The position numbers and the translations under genes were made by a program. Below, in pieces: positions 24,072 to 34,670 of a stretch of DNA of 35,863 nucleotides. Source of the DNA: Dimorphilus gyrociliatus (Eukaryota; Animalia; Annelida); contig CAJFCJ010000038.1 in assembly GCA_904063045.1 (NCBI GenBank), positions 1 through 35,863 of the forward strand, written 5' to 3'. The notes beneath the pieces are model-generated. The model was not told where the DNA came from. It saw nothing but the letters and a program-made list of their open reading frames with translations, and searched no databases. How positions within the stretch are numbered: position 1 is the stretch's first letter; each line of letters opens with the position of its first letter.

Positions 24072-24480
24072 TCAAGCATTCCTCCATTTATTTTTACAGT
24101 TCATGCTATTACCGCATTTACAATTTTGATTACAACTTTTTCCAGATTTTTTACAACCACAGTTACCATGTTTACAAAAGGTTTTACAACGGCAAGAGGT
24201 CGGTTTGGTAATATTTTTTGGATGACTCTGTTCAGGAAACATGACATCTGATCTTTTTAAACCACTGCTTTCATCTCTGGAGAATGTGTTTGGTAGCCTG
24301 AAAAACATGAAATATTGTTTTTTGATATTACTGTCTTCGCCAATGGCTTTCATAGATGAATCTGTGAAAATAAGTAGCTTTGTTGGAAAAGAGTTGTCAA
24401 TGACCTCGATAATAGAACCATTTTGATAGACTACTGTGCCAATGTGTCTGCAGTCACAGCCATCTTGTTCAAATTTGAAA
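24072..24480 (-). CDS. ORF fragment with C-terminal Tesmin/TSO1-like CXC cysteine cluster; 5' end lost in the 10-N gap
   Basis: Frame open from the gap (FKFEQDGCDCRHIGTVV...) to SCRCKTFCKHGNCGCKKSGKSCNQNCKCGNSMNCKN. Host versus transposon origin not resolved. Confidence 0.45.
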
Positions 24481-24799
24481 NNNNNNNNNNTGTCTAAATT
24501 TCTATAGATAAAGAGTAATATTTACGTAATATTGAAAAATATTCAGAAAATGGTGATATTTGGGAATATTATTAGCAAAATATTTTGAGTAATTTTCATG
24601 AATTTTTTCTTTATTTGGCCGCATTGCATAATTATTGATACAGACACTTGATTTCCGGTTTGTCATTTAAAAAAATGTTGTAAACTGAAATTTTTTTGCA
24701 TAAAAAACTTTATTACTACCAGGCGTCCATTGAGATTGAGGTTTCACAACTTTTTTAAAAAAGCATTTAGAGATATCGGGAAAATATACAAATACAATA

Positions 24800-25336
24800 T
24801 AATCTGTCAAATTGTCGCAATGATTACCGCAAAGCTAGAAACAATAAGATAGCCATTGATTTGGTTTTTTGGAGGTATAATCATACAGTTTAACAATTTA
24901 CAAGGGTAAATGTAGAGGAAATATGTCTGACTAATGCATGTTATTGGGGAGGACAGAAAACATCCACAACTGAGAAATTTCAAGATTAGATTTTGGATTG
25001 AGAAATGGTTAGGGAGAAGAAGACAGCAACTGATATGTACTTAGGAGGGTCTCCTCTAAGGGTTGGGGTTAATAGAAAAGGTTAGGTGCAGCCAGGAGCT
25101 GGGTTAGGGTTAGGGTAAAAGCACTGATTTGTGGACGTTTTCTGACGCATCCCATGTTATTGTGAATAGTATTCTATACACAATACTACATAATAGTGAA
25201 TAAAATCCAAGACTTACAATAAAAGCAAATTTTTAGGTCAAGCCTGCTTATCCCAATCAGTACTACCTTCAAAGCGAAATACTTGTTCAAAAATACTAAT
25301 CTATTGTAGACTAGAGCTGCCAAATCTATGTGTAAA
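24800..25336. repeat. LTR family B fragment, interrupted by the MITE at 24946
   Basis: ATGCATGTTA..AGTATT.TATACACAATACT..GTGAATA matches 5960-6020; the end GCTGCCAAATCTATGTGTAAA matches 6273-6295. The 5' boundary is approximate. Confidence 0.65.
24946..25152. mobile_element. Mutator-type MITE with TTAGGG repeats (207 bp)
   Basis: TIRs GGGGAGGACAGAAAACATCCAC and (rc) GGATGCGTCAGAAAACGTCCAC. Perfect 9-bp TSD CATGTTATT (24937-24945 and 25153-25161). GGGTTAGGGTTAGGG at 25101-25115. Confidence 0.88.
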
Positions 25337-25816
25337 TTACCTATACATTTTTAGAATTTTATCAAAACCTTAATCTAACACTAAACAAGATTTTTTCAAT
25401 TTAATATAATTTCAAACTTTTAGTTCAAACTTTCATGATCTGAAACAACTAATATTGTTGCTTCAATAATATAGTTTACCTAAATTTTTTATAAAAGCAG
25501 AAATTTGAATAAAGAATATATTATTTTATTCATTAATTAAAAATATTTATTAGAAATTTTTTTTGCATTTTATAGATCATGACATTTACAATTATCAATT
25601 GTTAGTCACTTTATAAAAAATTATTTGAAAATTTGCAACGCTCACAATCTGAAAATCTGAGGAATATTTCATGTTCAATTTACTATAGAAAATGTTTAGC
25701 TGTATCTACTTACTAAGTTTTATATTTATATTGAAAAAAAACATAGCAGCTAGTCAGAATAGTAATTTTCAATTTATCTATGTAATGACTTTGTAAAAAC
25801 ACTGAATATATTTCAG

Positions 25817-26420
25817 GTTGTTCTTATTCAAGTATTAATAATAAAAGCTTTACAAGTAATGATCTAATGATGGTAGAATACCATGACTACGATGTAAATT
25901 CATGCAAACATGTTTGCCAGTTTATGGATGAATGCAAGTAAGTGATTTTCTAACAGATATAGTTTATTGTACTATATTATACTAAAATTCTGATAATGAC
26001 AATTTTTAGGTCATTTATTGAATATGAAGATTCAAGGAAATGTTTTATAAAAGATAAAACTAAAAGTCAAGTTTCAAATTTTCAGGCTGAAGCAGGAAAA
26101 AATTATTTTGAAAAGGAATTGTCTTGCAGTTAGTTTGTTTTATAAATTTTTAAATTTTGTGTAATAAATCTAAATGTACATTTTGAATTCAGATATTCCA
26201 AAAGTGTACGGTAAGTTAAGAAAAAAACAGTCATTGTTAAAATTTTGTGTTTGATAACTATTTTTCTGGCAGAATTTAAATATGAGTTTAAGAATAATAT
26301 GAAAAGTCAATTGCCCGTTTTCCTAGGTTTAAGACCTGTAGGTTCCATTCAAGTCAATATAACCTACTGTGAAATACTTTGCAACAGTATACCACATTGT
26401 GTGTTAGTAAACTAGACTAT
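25817..26420 (+). CDS. PAN/apple-domain protein, partial gene model, possibly degenerate
   Basis: Exons 25817-25937, 26010-26128, 26193-26210, 26273-~26410 give GCSYSSINNKSF..SCKHVCQFMDECKSFIEYEDSRKCFIKDK..NYFEKELSC and a second ..YCEILCNSIPHC unit, followed by TAG. A hydrophobic GPI-like tail frame lies at ~26460-26590. Confidence 0.55.
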
Positions 26421-26999
26421 ATTGGTATTATTTTACTACTCAAAATAACTCAATTTTCCAGAGGTGTTAGCATTTTCAGAAATACACCAAGATGCTTTTT
26501 ACAGCAGGACATCGGCAACAGTTCAAATACTTTTCTGGACGATTCTGCTGCTTATTTTATTCAAAAAAGTAATGGTTTACTTATTTAAAAAATAACATCA
26601 CTTTTTCAAAAAACATTGCTCTGTCATTCATTATTTTTCATTATGACACATTTTTAAGAAAACATGCCAATTGACTAGCTCAATAATAATTCAACACTTC
26701 ATCTTACAAAGTCAATTATAAAATATTTTTTTGATAGTTGCAACTGCTTATTAATTTTTCGAGGATCAACATTTATTAAGGCATTTATCTCAGAAAAGGC
26801 GAAAATGGCCCAGAAAGAAACAATGTACACAATTCTGGAGCATTTATATTACACTAAGGAGAATTTCCGTTCATATATGATATATGAAAACTTTAAAATT
26901 TATATATATTTCACAAAACCTAAATGATTCTCCCTAAAATCAGCTATTAAAATAAAGACAGAATTTTCTATAATCACTTAAGAAGAATGAAAAAATACT

Positions 27000-28015
27000 T
27001 CAGTTGGACCAGAATTTTGGAAAAATTTGTGGTAAATTTTGAATTTTTATATTTTGATCTTCAGTTAGATTTTGATTATTGTATTTCCATTGACAGATTT
27101 CACAATTTGCTGGACAAGATTGACATTTTCCATTATTATCCATCATATATTTTGCTTTGCATAATGTACACAATGTAGACTTACCTGATAAAATACAATC
27201 AAGCAGTTTGATGAACATTGTGTACAGGGTGTGGAGTTCATGGAGAGTTGATAATAACTTTGACATTTATTACATTGAGTTCCATCTTGATTATTTAAAT
27301 CTTCCGTGCATTGATTACGAAATTCTTTACAAGCTATACAGGTTTTGTTAGTAGATCTAATATTAAAACCAGCAAGGCATTCTAAACATATGGCAATTCC
27401 ATTGTCATTAGTACATTTAGCTCACTTTGATGGGCATGACAAACATGTTCCATCACTGTTTTCTACATAATGCTCACTGCGTTTGATGCAAAAAGTCTTT
27501 TGGATTTCTAATTTGAAAGTTCATTTATAACTGCCTGTAGGACAAGAATCACATTTCTTAGCTTTAGTATTAAGTGCAGTTCCCTTATCACAAGATGAGC
27601 AAAGTAGATTATCACTGGAATCAGCACTACAAACAGCACAATGAGAACTACATGGTGAACATGTATTATCAAACTTCAGACGATATCTTCTAAAGCATTT
27701 TGAACAAAGAGTAGTTCCAGCTCTTCCATAACTAGTCTGACAGAAGTTGGGACATTCTGAAACATTTAGAATGATTTCTTTATGAAAAGAAGAGTGGAAG
27801 TAGAAATTAAAGAATAACATACCTGTTCACTTCTTTTCAAATGTCAAACATGCACTGTAGTTAAAACACTCAATGCAAACTGGCATACCATTTGTAACAT
27901 TACAATATCTGCAAAAATTGTAATCGGAACAGGCTGTACACAGTTATGCATTGAAGACATTTTGTTTCTTCACCATTTCCAGATAAGCTGCATTTTAAAC
28001 AATTATTAGGGCAAG
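27000..28015 (-). pseudogene. Degenerate paralog of the furin-like Cys-rich gene
   Basis: Exons 28015-27823 (starts ACPNNC like exon 16492) and 27756-~27000, with a 66-bp phase-1 intron. In-frame TGA at 27827-27829, 27521-27523 and 27422-27424. Frameshifts near 27941 and 27200. The end NC(L)DCILSGKSTLCTLCKAKY..CQSCPANCEICQW parallels NCLECEVSSGNLICKADKCKPKY..CSKCPDKCNECTW. Confidence 0.85.
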
Positions 28016-28269
28016 CTAAATTAACAGTCATTCTTCCATTTCTTTCTTGAATAACTCAATCATGTATGTACTCATTTATTCTTGAAATTTTCTATGATCT
28101 AATCTTTTAAAATGTTACATATGTTATAATGTGATACGTTAACATCCATTAACCTATTTTTAGCAATTATTTATTGATAGTTTTCTTCAATAGCTTAATC
28201 AAGTATCCATCGTTTATTTATTCATTCTTTCAATTGTGTGAATTTTAGTCTTTTAAGGTATTATTTAGT

Positions 28270-29226
28270 GGGAACAACAGAAGTCGCCCAGGGCAGAAGT
28301 CGCCCAGGACAGAAGTCGCCCAGAAATTGATAGAAGTCGCCCAGAGCTGTGACAGAAGTCGCCCAGAACTGTGATAGAAGTCGCCCAGGACTATGACAGA
28401 AGTCGCCTAGAACTGTAGAAGACATAATGTGTTTGTTCTTTGTTTCTATTGATTTCTGACAATTGAAATATATAATAAGTATTAATAAATATAGAATGCA
28501 TCATTTAATAATAACTAAATAGTGAATGAATTAAATAATAAAATACTGGCATTCTGTTGAAGGTTTCACATAAATATCATTTATTTGCTTAAACTTGTGC
28601 ACAAACTTGAGGTTCTATTTGGATCAGTACAGCAGAAAATTCCCACAATCACAATACAAAGTACAGTATTGAGTTTTAAACTAAAAATCTTATGCATTTC
28701 ATTTAATTTATTAAATTTGTTTCTACATTCAAAGCAGAATTTTGCCATGTTCATCAATTTCTTTCAAATACCTCTTATGTCAAAGATCATGAGAATTAAA
28801 AAAAAATTGTAAGATATATACATGATTTTAAAGAGACTAATATTTTTATCAAAACAATTGTTACTTTTGAAGGATTACAATGCAGAAAATCACTTAATTC
28901 GAATAGCTAACAATTCAATTTTCACAACAAATCAAGTGGTAAAACATTACTCTACAAAAAAAACTGGTAAAACAATTTCTTTCATTATCACTCACAGATT
29001 ACAAATAATAAATACAAACTACTTCATAAATTATTTTCATATATTTTGCATTTTATTAAGCATACTGTAAACTTCTAGTACACTTCTGGGCGACTTCTGT
29101 CATAGTCCTGGGTGACTTCTATCACACTTCTGGGCGACTTCTGTCACAGCTCTGGGCGACTTCTATCAATGTCTGGGCGACTTCTGTCCTGGGCGACTTC
29201 TGCCCTGGGCGACTTCTGTCGTATTC
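28270..29226. mobile_element. Non-autonomous Mutator/foldback-like element (957 bp) with ~140-150-bp TIRs built of 7 x AGAAGTCGCCCAG
   Basis: Left arm 28270-~28421 and right arm ~29072-29226 are near-identical inverted copies. Perfect 9-bp TSD TTATTTAGT (28261-28269 and 29227-29235). Interior holds an LTR-B fragment (~28530-28665). Confidence 0.9.
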
Positions 29227-29253
29227 TTATTTAGTGCTTAAATTAGAATATTT

Positions 29254-29466
29254 GGGGCCGACAGAAAACGTCCCCAAGTGAGATTTTTGAAAGCAACATT
29301 TCGGGTTAAAAAAAGGTTAGGAGGAGTAAAGTAGCTTTTGATTTGTAGTTAGGTGAGTTCCATCTAAGGGTTAGGGGTAATCAAAAAGATTAGAGAGAGG
29401 CAAGGGCTAGGTTAGGGTTAGGGTTAGGGTTAAACCATGAATTTGGGGACGTTTTCTGTCGTATCC
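29254..29466. mobile_element. Mutator-type MITE with (TTAGGG)3 (213 bp), same family as 24946
   Basis: Perfect 19-bp TIR core CGACAGAAAACGTCCCCAA; interior colinear with 24946-25152; TTAGGG x3 at 29412-29429; TSD not clear. Confidence 0.85.
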
Positions 29467-30098
29467 GGATTTTTAAATGTGTATATTTTTGGATTAATAC
29501 ATTATTAAGCTGCATTTATTGCTTCAAATTACTGCACTGTGGAAATTGATCTCTCAAATGGTTAATTGAAGGATTTGCAATATTTACAATCCGTGTTGAA
29601 GAGACAAACTAAGCTAAGTTTTAAAATTTAACAAGCTACCATGCTTAAAAACTTCAGAAAATGTTCGGCAAATAATCATGTTCCTCTTAAGATATCTTAA
29701 AACATGGATAGTTAACTTGAGCTTAAGAGCTTTGTTTTATTGTGGACATTGGTTTATTTTATAAATTTTTTAGTCCTATGTCATAATTTTATGTTAAAAA
29801 GATGTAACAAATTGTGGACTAGGTCCAAGTAAAAAAAACCCAGGATTTATTACACAATATTAATCCATAATTAACATGAAATAATTAGACATGAACAACA
29901 TATTAATTTTGAAGATGTCTGTATATCTTGAACTTTTTAAAAGCACTGAAAGATGTAGATTTTTCTATGTTTCCTTGACCTTTACAATACATTTTATACA
30001 AAAAAAGAGGAAAGCAAATTTTAAATGAGAAAGTTTTTCAAAGAGATATAGTTTTTTTATTTAATACAACAACAAAACTATTCATATCTAGAGATTAT

Positions 30099-30825
30099 AT
30101 GAAAAAAGTTAATGGTCAATTTGTAAATGAAAATATTGGAGAACAAGTTGACTTGAATAGACTTCAAAAACAGATCAATTTAGAGAATAATATTTCTGTA
30201 ATAGTTACTTCTATCAAACTTAATCAAAGTTATTTTGTTACTTGTAACATTAGTGTTGAAAATGCTAATAATCCTGATAATATTGACAGTTCTATACATT
30301 TTATCATCCAGCCATTGTATGAGACACAATTACCGATGTTCAAAAAAGATGATCATAGTTCCATGATTGAAATAGCTTTCTCTGTAAAGCATTTTCATAT
30401 TAAAGAAAGAAGTATTCCACAAACTTTAAAATATCCTTACTTTAGAAGTTGTTTTTATAAAGGAGTTGAAGGTTTAAATATGAACAAATTAATTAAGTCA
30501 ACAATTCCTCTTTTATCTGGTAAAGTTGGCTATTTTTATTGTGATATTGATTACGAATTTGGAGATGACATTGATTTAGAAATCTATAAAGATAATAAAA
30601 GATTATTACAGAATACTTGGACAAACAAAGATGCAATGCATACTTTAGTAATAAAGAAATGTTATCTTTCCTTTACAATTTTTTAATTAGCTGTTTCATT
30701 TTAGACAGTTGTTGATTTACCATTTACTACTGAGAGGGATGAAGGAATGTACGAATGTCGGGCAAAATCAGTCCTAGATGGACTTTTACCTATAGCCTAT
30801 GGAAATGCAAAAATGGGCTCATTTG
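30099..30825 (+). CDS. Immunoglobulin-domain protein, partial
   Basis: ORF to 30647, a 57-bp phase-0 intron, then exon 30705-30825. Joined: GYFYCDIDY..LEIYKDNKRL..HTL|TVVDLPFTTERDEGMYECRA (D-x-G-x-Y-x-C Ig motif). 5' and 3' ends uncertain. Confidence 0.6.
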
Positions 30826-31309
30826 GTAGTTTACTTTCTCTTTCATAAGCCTTTTTCACCTATTTGTGTCACTACTTTCAATGTTTATCCAAATGTTAAT
30901 AGTCAACATTAGTTGAGATAACTGGCCAGCAATGCAATCTTGTTTGCGATCATTCTAAATTTTGGTGTTTTTATGTTTGACTCTTAGCAGCTTCAAAACA
31001 GTCCTCTGTATCACTGTTAGTAGATGTTTCTTTTGAATAGTCTTCTTTAACACCTTCAGCTTATATATTTTTAGCAATTTTTCATAAAAAATTTTCAAAT
31101 TTTCTTCACGCTTCAGTTTTTGACTTGTAATAGCTTTTGGGTGCATGACAACAAATAATTGACTACACTGTTAAAAATACCAACATGGTGGACAATAATG
31201 ACTTGTATTTGTGTAACTTGTGCTTGTCCACTGTATAACATAGAATAGTCGTTGTCTCAGTAAAACTGAGATAAAGAATAGAAAATAGAAAAAAATAACT
31301 ATAACATAT

Positions 31310-31570
31310 CTAAGGACATACACCCACACCATCAATTCTCGATCAAGACAAAGCCTATATCTAGAAAGCCTTTACCTGGCAGCTGACTGGTAAGATAGTT
31401 GGTGATCTGGACCATTTAGACAAAACCTAGGTTCATCAGTGACGATTAGTCTATCATAATAAATACGCTGTTGAATCTATTCGCCTACTACAGCTACCCT
31501 GATTTTTTATCAATTGTTGACAGAGGGCATGGTTTTAGGTTAGGGTTAGGTTAGGTTAACCCTGACTGAT
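31310..31570. repeat. GC-richer TE-like relic ending in TTAGG/TTAGGG repeats and a short hairpin
   Basis: GGTTTTAGGTTAGGGTTAGGTTAGGTTAACCCT at ~31531-31563; AGGGTTA/TAACCCT is a 7-bp inverted pair. Confidence 0.35.
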
Positions 31571-31723
31571 AATTATAGGTCTTTGATGTAATAAAAAGAC
31601 ATACAAATTAGTGAGTAAAAGACACAGTTTGACTATAAAAAAATGGAAATATCACTGGAAAAGTAAGTAAAAACTTTCAAACAGACTTACTGCTTAAAAC
31701 CAATCAGTCTACTTTTTTCTAAT

Positions 31724-31845
31724 TTGTTGTATTGTAATTGTAGGAATTTCAGGTACATCAGAACTGTATTTATCCTTACTAATCATTACCAATTTGCTAA
31801 AACACTCACATCAATAGAACCATAAGTTTGTTTACAAAATACTAA
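31724..31845. repeat. LTR family B fragment
   Basis: TTGTTGTATTGTAATTGTAGGAATTTC..AATCATT.ACCAATTTGC.AAA matches ~5367-5470. Confidence 0.7.
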
Positions 31846-33136
31846 ATAAAAAGTCTGCAAATTCTGATTTTTTGTATAAACTTGGAGGGATATTTTTCAT
31901 GCCCAAACTATGCAATAATGGATTTACCTATTCAAGACAGAGATATCAAGGATGTAATAGTTCTGGTACCAGAATATTGGTACTCCAGAAAGAATATGAC
32001 ATACTAAGAACAGATCTTATAAATTCCAATTATGCTGACAACAAAATAATGGAAGATACTAAATACAAGATCATTTTAAATAAAGAAGTTACCAGATTAG
32101 AGAAACATATTGGGAAGAAATCATCACTAAGAAAGGCAAAAGTCACTGTAATACAAGATATTCAAACATATGATGATTGGTATAGGGATGGTGATTAAAC
32201 CTACCATATGCTGCAGATAAAAAATCATGCAACACCACTAGTGAGGACTTGGTTTGTTAAAGAAATCATTTCACCTGATATCTGGGACATTATCAATAAA
32301 TACATAATGAAAATGCTGGAAACAACAAAGTTGAAGCCTGCCGGACTTGTCAGATTTCAGAATTTGAACTGGACAGGAAACAAGTTACTTTCAATCCATA
32401 TCAAAACTAAACATTTGGTATCAAAGCCCAAAAGATACACAATTTCCAATTTATAAAGAAAGTGGAAAATATGCACTTTTACAAAGAACATCAATAAATC
32501 ACAAATGGAAGAGGAAAACAACTAGAAAGCATAGAGATTCAAGAATCCCACCAAATAAATATAAAAGATGATATAAGAACAGCTGCATTGTTAAATAATA
32601 TTGAGATAAGAAGATAATATTTATGTTATTTATGAAATTAATTAATAAGAATATGGAAACGAAAAAATTGGTGATGAAGAGCATAATCTTCCTTCTCACA
32701 TATAATTTCATGGCTGGTCTTCTTATACTTTTAACCCGCATTTTTTCAATTTTATCTTTAAAATTAATTAATTACAGATGAATATTTCAATTTAAGAATC
32801 AATTCTATTGAACAATACGTCAATTCAAAATACTTTGATTCTCATTCAATCTATTCCAAAACTAATGTATTCTATGATAAAAAATATAATTTAGCCAACA
32901 GGGTTTGTAAATTGATCTCAGTGATCTTACAGCCAAAAGTAATCAAAATGACAACACATTATTCCTATGATTAGATAATTCTTGGTCAATTTCATCCTCT
33001 ACAGTATCATCAATTAATTCGAATTGTTGTATAGTTTTTTAATACTTGTTCAGATCTTCTTTCATCAAATATACTCAAACTTATTCTATGGTTTCAAAGT
33101 AATAACAACATAGGAAAGCATGACAAATTAAGTCAA

Positions 33137-33650
33137 GTGTTAAAGGAGATCTACGCTGATTATGAGGATAGGAATGACTTGGAAAGCGGACAGCTAAACA
33201 CAATCGAGGTTGTTGTGAGCAAGTTCAACATGAACACTTGGTTAAGGACAGGCTGGAAAGATGAACAGTTGAGAGCAGCATCAAGACTTAATAATAAATA
33301 TGGAAGAGAAAGAATTGATTAAAAACAGTCAGCCAAAAGAGAAATTGATCCCATGATGGTGGGAAGAGTAGAAAGAGCTGCGGAACACAAAATTAGCATT
33401 GATGGGAGAGTATTGAAGGCCCTGGAATATCCTGAGATCGCCACAGTCAATCAAATACCCATAACAAGCGAAGAAAGGATGAAATGGCAGTACCTAAAAG
33501 ACATAATCATAGCAGAACAGAACATCAATCAGTCAATATGCTGATAGGATGCGATTACATTGACTTAATAGCTCAAAAGAACTATATTGGAAGGAAGCAT
33601 TAGTAAACCTACCGCCATGTATTCAAAGTTAGGATGGTCGACAGTCACGA
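33137..33650 (+). pseudogene. BEL/Pao retrotransposon gag-protease region relic
   Basis: After a frameshift: INMLIGCDYIDLI.......KPTAMYSKLGW, matching the LIGxD...PxAxxT/SxLGW pattern of BEL/Pao polyproteins; stops present. Confidence 0.55.
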
Positions 33651-33705
33651 TTATAAGTAATTGCTACAAAAAAAAAGGTTTTTGAATGTTTCTATCGGAA
33701 TTCTT

Positions 33706-33772
33706 GAATATGGTAGAAAACGGCCAGAGTTGAAAACAGCCAGAGCTCTGATGGAAAACAGCCAAAGACCTA
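33706..33772 (+). repeat. Orphan MULE-type TIR with subterminal repeats (3 x GAAAAC(G/A)GCCA)
   Basis: GAATATGGTAGAAAACGGCC has the same 11-nt leader + AAAACG layout as the other TIRs; no partner TIR in the window. Confidence 0.45.
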
Positions 33773-34670
33773 GTTTTTTATAAAAAATAGTAATTATAAT
33801 TAAAAAATAATATTAATTACTATAAATGATAAGAATAGTTTAAAGATATTTATTTAATGAAAATGAAAGAACATAAAAACAAATAGAAAAAAGAGAAACT
33901 ATTAAAAGTAACAACTTGAACTAAAAAAGTGAAATATATCTAATGTGAGAAATAAATTTTAGAACAATTTTCCAAAATCTGAGGTGCTGTTATTTCACCA
34001 TTTTTAAATTTCTCCTAAGTATCAAATATTTCTTTTTGGACATTTAAATAGATCTTTTTCTGTTTGGCTGAAGATGAAAATTTACTTCAAGATGTAGATG
34101 AAAGGGCAATTGATGAACAGATTGAAGAAGTTCTAATGAAGGTATGTATTGAAATTTTTACTATAATGTTCATTTTTTTATTGTTTGTTTGCTTTCAGAG
34201 AGGGCGTCTCATCGGAAATTACTATTTCAAGTGTGGAGCATGCGTACTAAACCCAAGAGGCAAAGGATGCCAAAGAATCATTAGATTGTGTGTGTTGAAA
34301 TTTGGAATCAAGATTGCAAAATGGTAATGAGAGACTAAAAAGAAGAATTTAGTACTTAAAATAGTCATTTTATTTCAAAAATGAAATGTTATTTTGAATA
34401 GATATTCTATAAAAGTAGACATAATAATATTTCTTTACTTAACTTTCATTACAACCTTAAATTAAAATTTTAGTCATGATTTGGTATTTATTGCAAATCT
34501 TTTTTATAACCTGTTGTAATGATTGAAGAACAAATTTGCACTGCACAATCACGGACACTGTAAAAAAGTTGGAACATTATTCAAAATGAATAAATCTGTA
34601 AAAAAAAACCATGTTACGAATAATTGTTGTCAAGACAAAATCAACAGAAACTAAATAATTTACTGTCACT

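Noticed and set aside
28270-28410. CRISPR-like array (AGAAGTCGCCCAG repeats)
   Set aside because: Spacers are only 2-9 nt, the array is mirrored at 29085-29220 as a TIR with a TSD, there are no cas genes, and the context is eukaryotic.
28530-28665. Pack-MULE capture of a host gene fragment (peptide IPTITIQ)
   Set aside because: The segment is the end of LTR family B (ends AAAGTACA), so it is a nested TE fragment rather than a captured exon.
29412-29429. True telomere or chromosome-fusion scar
   Set aside because: Only 2-3 TTAGGG units, enclosed by MITE TIRs, and repeated in sister copies.
31872-32456. Protein-coding gene from ORFs 31872 and 32208
   Set aside because: No recognisable motif or splice structure; probably a decayed TE.
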